Shown here: one piece after another, positions 25,311 to 32,071 of the stretch
Position numbering within the stretch: the stretch's first letter is position 1
Layout: every line of letters begins with the position of its first letter
DNA from: Octopus bimaculoides
Taxonomy: Eukaryota
Assembly (NCBI RefSeq): GCF_001194135.2
Contig: NC_068996.1
Location: 5,527,341-5,559,411 of the forward strand
Direction: 5' to 3'
DNA: 32,071 nucleotides
Notes under the pieces: generated by a model
What the model was told of the DNA's origin: nothing
The model's database searches: none
The model's input: only the letters and a program-made list of their open reading frames with translations
Program-made: the position numbers and the translations under genes

Positions 25311-25439
25311 TTTAATTGATTTCCTATATGCAGGCACAAGGTCAACTTCCCTTTTCCCTGGGTATTGAATCAAGCGCTGGAGCCGAGCCAATGATGGAGG
25401 CCCCCTCTCTCTCTGTCTCTCTCACTCTCNNNNNNNNNN

Positions 25440-25493
<54 letters not shown>

Positions 25494-25819
25494 CTCTCTT
25501 TCTCTTTCTCTCTCTCCCTCTCTGTCGACAAACTAGAAATAACAGTCACGTTTCCATCAAAATACACAATATACCCCTTAAAACATGAAGAACGCTATGC
25601 GCAAAGCGATCCTTAATGTGATGAACCCTTCATATCTATTTCAACGTATGAGCATCCAGGTGTTCAAGCAACTGGACAACACCTGCAATGAATAAGCTTG
25701 TAAACTGGCTGTGTATTCCCCATGCACGTGCATTCTTGGAGTAAATTCTAAATCAGAATTAGCGTTGTACCAGAGTGAGAAAGGGTGGAGTGCTTTGACG
25801 AACAGATTCAATCTATGTG

Positions 25820-25968
25820 ACCGGCTTCTATACAGTTCCGTGAACCCAAATTCACTCACAAAGCTTGGGTTGATCAAGGTTACCTTCAATGCATTTTCTC
25901 GAGATGCTACGCAGAGGGATTGAACCCTGGACATCATGATTTTGAAGCGAACTTCTTAACTATTCTAC
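25820..25968 (-). mobile_element. Old, highly diverged SINE family A 5' half
   Basis: CTTCTATACAGTTCCGTGAACCCAAATTCACTCACAAAGCTTGGGTTG...GCTACGCAGAGGGATTGAACCC matches the reverse complement of the family A head. Confidence 0.6.
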
Positions 25969-26121
25969 CATACGTACTTCTTTAGTTTATCTATTTATTT
26001 GTTGGGTTTTTTTGGTGGGGGGGGGGGCATAGTTTTCATTTTTTTGCATTGTCCTAGATAGATGTATAAAAAAAGGCAGAATGGCCAAAGCTGGAAGTGT
26101 TTTTTGTCATAGGTTCTTGTA

Positions 26122-26300
26122 GGCGTAGGAGTGGCTGTGTAGTAAGTAGCTTGCTTACCAACCACATAGTTTCGTGTTCAGTCCCACTGCATGGCACCTT
26201 GGGCAAGTGTCTTCTACTATAGTCTCGAGCCGACCACATCCTTGTGAGTGGATTTAGTAGACGGAAACTGAAAGAAGCCCGGCGTATATATGTTTATATG

Positions 26301-26351
<51 letters not shown>

Positions 26352-26553
26352 GTGTGTGTGTGTGTGTATGTGTTTGTGTCTGTCCTCCCAACATTGCTTG
26401 ACAACCGATGCTGGTGTGCTTACGTCCACGTAACTTAGCGGTTCGTCAAAAGATACCGATAGAATAAGTCCTGGGTCGATTTGCTCGACTAAAGGCGGTG
26501 CTCCAGCATGGCCACTGTCAAATGACTGATGCAAGTATAAGAGTAAAAGAGTA
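26122..26553 (+). mobile_element. SINE family A, full length
   Basis: Colinear with 14042-14450. Internal (TA)n(TG)n at the same position; deletion between the two AGAATAAGT direct repeats of the 3' module. Confidence 0.92.
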
Positions 26554-26624
26554 TAATCATGGCTCACCCGATGCTAATTAACAACAAAACTTCATACGAA
26601 CTACGAACCAACAGAAGGAACTCT

Positions 26625-26822
26625 ACATGGCTGCTCAACCTGCCAGAAATAATAACCGATTCGCCTTCAACTCACACCTGACTATCTTACATTTAAAAAA
26701 AAAAACACTGTAAACAAAATAGTTCATAACATACAAAAAGATAGACTAGTCATTGCTGGAACACATTTTATCCAAAGTTTTGAACAGTTACGCTGATCTG
26801 GGTTAAACAACAAAAACAACTG
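26625..26822 (+). mobile_element. Degenerate SINE-like family D (TGCTAGAAATAGC module plus a 3' end with (CAA)n); fragments also at ~1440-1505(-), ~4497-4578(-), ~4870-4935(-), ~18700-18765(+), ~28535-28645(+), ~29090-29165(-)
   Basis: Recurrent motifs CCTGC(T/C)AGAAATA.. and (G/A)TCA(C/T)(G/T)GCT(G/A)GAA...CTGA(C/T)C(T/A)GG..TAAACAACAAC. Copies are very diverged and boundaries approximate. Confidence 0.45.
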
Positions 26823-27139
26823 GTCCTTAAATTTGTAGATTATCAACCGTGGAAGGAAAGAAGCAAAGATCAAATCGGTTCTGATAAGATACAAAAAGCG
26901 ACGATGAAACGGATGTCAGGCATAGAAATGTGTACCCAGAGAAACCGTTACTGCTTCAGCTGAACTAAATATTCACCGAAAGCACAGTCTTTTTTACTAT
27001 ATATGGGAGGTAGATATGTGTGTGTGTGTAAATGGGATGATTAATACATCACTGTGTCAACCAGACTATGGAATATTGTCATACACCGCTGATCACAACG
27101 CACTTCGTCGCCTTGTTTTATCTTTTGAATGATGACAAC

Positions 27140-27305
27140 CCGCTGGTTAAGCGGCCAAGCCAACATTCACTCCGAACAGAACGCCAATCCGTCACAGGGT
27201 TACCCATTTAGTGACATGAAGGGTTATGTTCTAGAACACAAGGCATAACTGGTAATGAAATCGAAACCACGGTTTTGAAATCGTGAGTGCCACGCCATAG
27301 CCCTA
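27140..27305 (-). mobile_element. Diverged family B2-like SINE fragment
   Basis: Minus strand has GTGGTTTCGATTTC (B-box-like) and AAATGGGTAACCCTGTGACGGATTGGCGTTCTGTT, similar to 6615-6650. Confidence 0.5.
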
Positions 27306-27689
27306 GGTTACGTACCTTCACATCTAATACATATATCAATGAAAATAGCCTTCAGAATTTAATGAGATTCGTGATACTTGACAATGGAATGTTTTTATAA
27401 CGTTAACACTTAAGTGGATATGAATCTTGATGAATGAATTTAAATATTGATTTCTCTTTTTGTTTGTTTTATTTTTTTTCCTTTTTAAGGGAAAGAAAAA
27501 TTCGGTCAACCAAGGCCATTATTGAAATCACTACCTAAGTTTCCACACAGCAGGATCTAACATGGAGTCACAACGTTGCAACGCGAACTTGTTAACAAGA
27601 CAGTCGTGCTCGCGCCCACGTATTGGATTCCAAGAACACAGGTCCAATTTTCCAAGAAATTACTGTTGTCAATAAATTAAATTGGTACC

Positions 27690-27892
27690 TGTTCTGAGTT
27701 CAAATTCCACTGAGGCCGACTTTGTCTTTCATTCTTTCGGGATCAATAAAATAAGTACCAGTTGAGCACTGGGTTGACTTTGTCTTTCATTCTTCCGGGA
27801 TTAATAAAATAAGTACCAGTTGAGCACTGGGGTTGATGTAATCGACTTAACCCTTGCCCCAAATTACAGACCTCGTCCAAAATTTGAAATCA
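27690..27892 (+). mobile_element. SINE family C copy with a tandem duplication of its 58-bp central domain
   Basis: GACTTTGTCTTTCATTCTT.CGGGAT.AATAAAATAAGTACCAGTTGAGCACTGGG(G)TT occurs at 27718-27775 and 27776-27834. Confidence 0.85.
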
Positions 27893-28030
27893 ATAAATTA
27901 AATTGATACCTAGAATATTAGGATTCTTTTTTTCTTTTTTTTTCAGCTTGTGGGGANNNNNNNNNNNNNNNNNNNNNNNNNNNNNNNNNNNNNNNNNNNN
28001 NNNNNNNNNNNNNNNNNNNNNNNNNNNNNN

Positions 28031-28377
28031 CCAGTTGATCCGATCAACGGAACAGCCTGCTCGTGAAATTAACGGGCAAGTGGCTGAGCACTCCACAGAC
28101 GCGTGTACCCTTAACGTAGTTCTCGGGGATATTCAGCGTGACACAGTGTGACAAGGCTGACCCTTTGAATTACAGGTACAACAGAAACAGGAAGTAAGAG
28201 TGAGAGAAAGTTGTGGTGAAAGAGTACAGCAGGGTTCGCCACCATCCCCTGCCGGAGCCTCGTGGAGATTTATGTGTTTTCGCTCAATAAACACTCACAA
28301 CGCCCGGACTGGGAATCGAAACCGTGATTCTATGACCGCGAGTCCGCTGCCCTAACCACTGGGCCATTGCGCCTCCA
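28031..28377 (-). mobile_element. SINE family B1, nearly complete; tail lost in the gap
   Basis: tRNA-like head TGGAGGCGCAATGGCCCAGTGGTTAGGGCAGCGGACTCGCGGTC...GGTTTCGATTCCC; high identity to 14618-14884. Confidence 0.9.
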
Positions 28378-28600
28378 ATCTGAAAATAATGTGAACAAAT
28401 AAGCATAATATTTCACATACTAGTATGAATGCTAAAGGGTTAAAAACTTGTAATTTGAGCTTATGTTTGATCTCCAGGATCAAATGACTGGGAACTGATG
28501 CTAGTCTTAGCTGACGATTCTATCTGTGATCATCTGGAAGGAATGATCACGGCTAGAATAGTTTTCATTATAAATCTACCTCATTAAACCTGACCAGGAT

Positions 28601-28643
<43 letters not shown>

Positions 28644-29204
28644 TCAGCGGTTGATGCGATCATTAAAAATAAAGGTGAGAATATTAAGCAGATGACTGAT
28701 GTGAGGGGTAATATAGGTTTGTCAGAGCAGATGGATGCAGGGCTATTTGAACTGTTCGGGCAAATAATCTGTTTTTTTAATGTTTTTATTTTATTTTATT
28801 TTATTTATTTATTTATCTATTTATTGCTTTTTTTGTGACAGGTCTTTTCTTTGCGTGGGAGGCTATAGACTTTTGCAAAAGTAATTAAATATTTAATCCC
28901 CGAGACGAATCAAATAACCCCGATAAGAAAACAAGTTAATCTGACAGGTGTGATAACGTTGTCATTGCTGTTGCTGTTGTTATTATTATTGTAGTGATGC
29001 TGCAAGTGTTAGTGATGGTTGTTATGGTGATGGCTACATTTTGTAGCTTTTGCATCTGCCTTCGGAAGTGTATATCTCAAGAATATTGTTGCTACTTAAC
29101 CCTAGGTCCAGGCTTAGATCAACACTGACTAAATAGATTTATAATCAAAGGTGATCTCGCCACGAGAGTTGCGCTAGTGTCTTGGATGCAGAAGATGCAG
29201 GTTC

Positions 29205-29417
29205 TATTTATTTATTTATTTATTTATTTATTTATCAATTTTTTTTTTTTACTCGATCTGAGAAAGGAGCAGAATTGATGATCCGCGCTGGCCCACCCAG
29301 AACAGTAAGATCGATACGGTTAATATTTGGCTTAAACCGTTGCAAGTCGACACCTGCAGCATGGACGTAAGGAAGGAGGGAATTCCAGTAAGCTGACATT
29401 CTAGGAAGGGAGTAAGG
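29205..29417 (-). mobile_element. 3' terminus of a CR1/Jockey-group LINE with poly(A) and (TAAA)n tail
   Basis: Minus-strand YSLPRMSAYWNSLLPYVHAAGVDLQRFKPNINRIDL resembles the SFFPRT..LWNSLP...L..FK..I ORF2 C-terminus. A short UTR follows, then A12 (T-run 29239-29250) and (TAAA)n. Confidence 0.65.
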
Positions 29418-29540
29418 AAGGAAGGAAGGAAGGAAGGAAGGAAATGTTGGAAATAGTGGAAAGCGAGGGGCTTGGTGCGGAAGGGTGTTAAGCACAACAT
29501 AGATGAATACAGGAAAAGAGAGAGAGAGAGAGAGAGTGAG

Positions 29541-29594
<54 letters not shown>

Positions 29595-29747
29595 NNNNNN
29601 NNNNNNNNNNNNNNNNNNNNNNNNNNNNNNNNNNNNNNNNNNNNNNNNNNNNNNNNNNNNNNNNNNNNNNNNNNNNNNNNNNNNNNNNNNNNNNNNNNNN
29701 NNNNNNNNNNNNNNNNNNNNNNNNNNNNNNNNNNNNNNNNNNNNNNN

Positions 29748-29985
29748 CAATAAATTAAGTACCAGCTGAATACTGAGGTAAATGTAATCGACTAGCACCC
29801 TACCCCTAAATTTCTGGCCTTGTGCCAAAATTTGAAGCCAATATGTATGGATAATAAGGCGGCGAGCTCGCAGAATCGTCACCGAACCGGAAAAAAATCT
29901 TTAACGGCATTTCTTCAGACTTCACGTTTTGAGTTCAAATTCCGCCAGGGTCGATTTTTACCTTTCACTCTTTCGGTCAAATTCA
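29748..29985 (+). mobile_element. Head-to-tail family C SINEs: a 3' half (29748-29838) and the next 5' half (29856-29985)
   Basis: AATAAATTAAGTACCAG...TGTAATCGACT...GGCCTTGTGCCAAAATTTGAA, followed by AAGGCGGCGAGCTCGCAGAATCGT...GAGTTCAAATTCCGCC. Confidence 0.8.
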
Positions 29986-30828
29986 GAAGGAATTTAATGC
30001 AAAAATTAGAAAAAAAAAAATGTCATTCAAAATATTCCTGATTGCAGGAAAAAAGATCGAGAGTTTCTGAGAAACATTTTATTGCATGACGTTAGTGATT
30101 CTGTTGACCTTCCATAACAAGAAGGAATTATAAAGAAATAGCTAAAACTAGAAAAGATCTTCGTTTCTATCCTATGGATTATACAGATGTTCGTCATTCA
30201 CCTGAATAACATTTCATAGAATTAAGCGATTGCAACCTCTTTAATTTGGATCAACAAGAGTATATATAATAAGAAGCAAATAAAGCTGTTGATGAAAATG
30301 GAAGAAAAAAGAAAATGGAAGAGATGATTGCAAAATAATTTGTTATAATGCTTTACGAATTTGAAAAAAAAAGAATTCAGGAATTAATAACAAACAATGA
30401 GTTTAACATCGAACGATTTGAGCAAATTCAGTGAAACATAATTCGTTGAACTTCCAAATACTGTTCAAATGACTCCGGTTAAGTAATTTTCAAATAAATA
30501 CATTCAAAAAGAAAATAACCATGTTACTTCTCATTGATTTTCTTTTAATTTAAACCATGTTTCATTTACAACAGGCTGTTAAACAATCAACACATATTTG
30601 CAATAACTTATTACTAAATCATATTAAAATATGGCTTTAAATAAACAACATTTAAAAAACGTTGTCAAGGTATTTCCTAAGCTCGTAAACTAATTGTTGC
30701 ATGTCTTATACACCCATATATTTACTTAGCGTGGCGTTCATTAGCAAGGCGCTTCCGTGCTGAACATACAAATATACATACATACATACATGCATACATA
30801 CATACATACGTACATACATACATACATA

Positions 30829-30929
30829 GATGATGTTGATAAAAGTTCCAATGAAGGAGCCTTGAATCTATATTAGAGTCCGGCTCTTTCTCTATTGGCA
30901 AGAAATACAGAAATGAAACTGATTGTTAA
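30829..30929 (+). mobile_element. RLE LINE copy 1: terminal ~100 bp of the 3' UTR only, between (CATA)n tracts
   Basis: GATGTTGATAAAAGTTCCAATGAAGGAGCCTTGAATCTATATTAGAGTCCGGCTC... is homologous to 31292-31387. Confidence 0.8.
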
Positions 30930-30957
30930 CATACACATATACATACATACATACATA

Positions 30958-31251
30958 AGTATGAGGAATTTGCAGTTACTCTATCCAGATTACAAGTTCA
31001 GGTTTATACCTGTAAGTATTGGAGCACTGGGATATGTAACACATTGCCTTAATACCAATCTAGAGTAGTTAGGCTTTTCAAGACCAGAAAGAGGAAAGCT
31101 TATTCGAATACTACAGATCCAATCCATCACTGCAACTGTAAAAATTTGTAAGCTTTCCAAAAGTCTACCATTTAAACATATATGAGCACGTCTAGACAAT
31201 AAACTATATGCAAGAGAATGCACACATAAAACAAAATATACAAATCCGCAC

Positions 31252-31282
<31 letters not shown>

Positions 31283-31387
31283 AATACCCTGTTGATGTTG
31301 AAATTTCAATGAAGGAGCCGTGGATCTAGGTTAGAAAGCGGTTCTTTGTTTATTAGCAAGAAGTCTGGAAATAAAACTGAATAATGA
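30958..31387 (+). mobile_element. RLE LINE copy 2: endonuclease C-terminus (one nonsense codon) and 3' UTR, between (CATA)n tracts
   Basis: Frame from 30961 reads MRNLQLLYPDYKFRFIPVSIGALGYVTHCLNTNLE*LGFSRPERGKLIRILQIQSITATVKICK (TAG at 31066-31068). The P.vIGALG....L...L..LG pattern is typical of RLE C-termini. Not in the supplied ORF track. Confidence 0.85.
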
Positions 31388-31429
31388 CATACATACATAC
31401 ATACATACATGCATACATACATACATACA

Positions 31430-31460
<31 letters not shown>

Positions 31461-31465
31461 GTATG

Positions 31466-31802
31466 TCCATCTACGGACAACTGCTTCGAAACCTTCAGCT
31501 TCTACATCCAGACTATGAATTCATATTCACACCAATAGTAATTGGCGCACTAGGTTTTGTTAGTAAATGCTTAAAGGAGAATCTGGATAAACTGGGATTT
31601 TTAGAAAGAGAAATCGATCGGCTAATTCATGCATTACAAGTGCAATCTATGAGTGGAACAGTAAAAGTATGCAAGACATTTTTCAAGTTCCAAATGTGAA
31701 TTTGTCTGTGTTACCTACATCCCAAAGACAGAACCTTGTATCTTTGTTGGAAACCGGTTCCCTCCTCAGTGGAAGATTTATATAATTAAAAAATAGAAGG
31801 GA
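31466..31802 (+). mobile_element. RLE LINE copy 3, a different subfamily: intact endonuclease C-terminus and short 3' UTR, between (CATA)n tracts
   Basis: IYGQLLRNLQLLHPDYEFIFTPIVIGALGFVSKCLKENLDKLGFLEREIDRLIHALQVQSMSGTVKVCKTFFKFQM* (stop 31697-31699). UTR motif GAACCTTGTATCTTTGTTGGAAACCGGTTC parallels GAGCC.TGGATCTAGGTTAGAAA.CGG.TC of copies 1 and 2. Confidence 0.85.
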
Positions 31803-32071
31803 CATACATACATACATACATGTATACATACATACATACATACATGCATGCATATGTACGTGTTTGTTTTTATGTTAAGTTTTAATAAAATCAATTTTAC
31901 ATTTAACTGAAGGATTACTCGGTATATTTTGTAGGATTGTAGAATTCAAATTTATTATTCTTTAACAAGAACAGTATTGATTGTGACTTCGAAATTTCCG
32001 TCCACTAAGTCATCATAGACATTGGTTTAGCTGGTCGAAACTATCACCGACAACACTATTCTTCTTAAAGG

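Larger units (their letters stand above)
393..29747. other. Assembly gaps: 393-1002, 7480-7842, 10631-11314, 12280-12536, 16135-16144, 22568-23248, 25430-25439, 27957-28030, 29595-29747
   Basis: N-runs, mostly abutting microsatellites. Confidence 0.97.

Noticed and set aside
30060-30480. E/K-rich translation suggesting a decayed viral or transposon ORF
   Set aside because: About 7 stops in ~125 codons is close to random expectation for AT-rich DNA, and I recognise no motif. A TBLASTX/HHpred hit would be needed to revive it.
30764-31850. Repeat-spacer-repeat layout superficially like a CRISPR array
   Set aside because: The repeats are variable-length CATA microsatellites, the spacers are homologous LINE ends, there are no cas genes, and the context is eukaryotic.

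Overview
Gene-poor, repeat-saturated animal genomic DNA from a gapped draft scaffold with nine N-runs. The SINE families and microsatellite load point to an octopus, which is an inference only. I recognise no host exon, true tRNA/rRNA gene or prokaryotic feature, and almost every supplied ORF is a translation of microsatellites or N-gaps. The supportable content is as follows: four tRNA-headed or microsatellite-tailed SINE-like families; two decayed CR1/Jockey-group LINE pieces; a 5'-truncated R4/Dong-like restriction-like-endonuclease (RLE) LINE; a 230-bp deleted mariner with TIRs and a TA duplication; and two inverted-repeat elements. The most interesting structure is at 30764-31850, where three 5'-truncated copies from at least two diverged subfamilies of an RLE LINE lie head-to-tail, each bounded by (CATA)n. 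This suggests a (CATA)n-targeting retrotransposon lineage that re-inserts into its own tails. Other notable items are a near-perfect 72/71-bp inverted repeat at 18882-19431 with no target-site duplication, an old ~220-nt foldback at 5287-5505, and a mosaic SINE carrying a microsatellite at a fixed internal position. Novelty could not be checked against any database.
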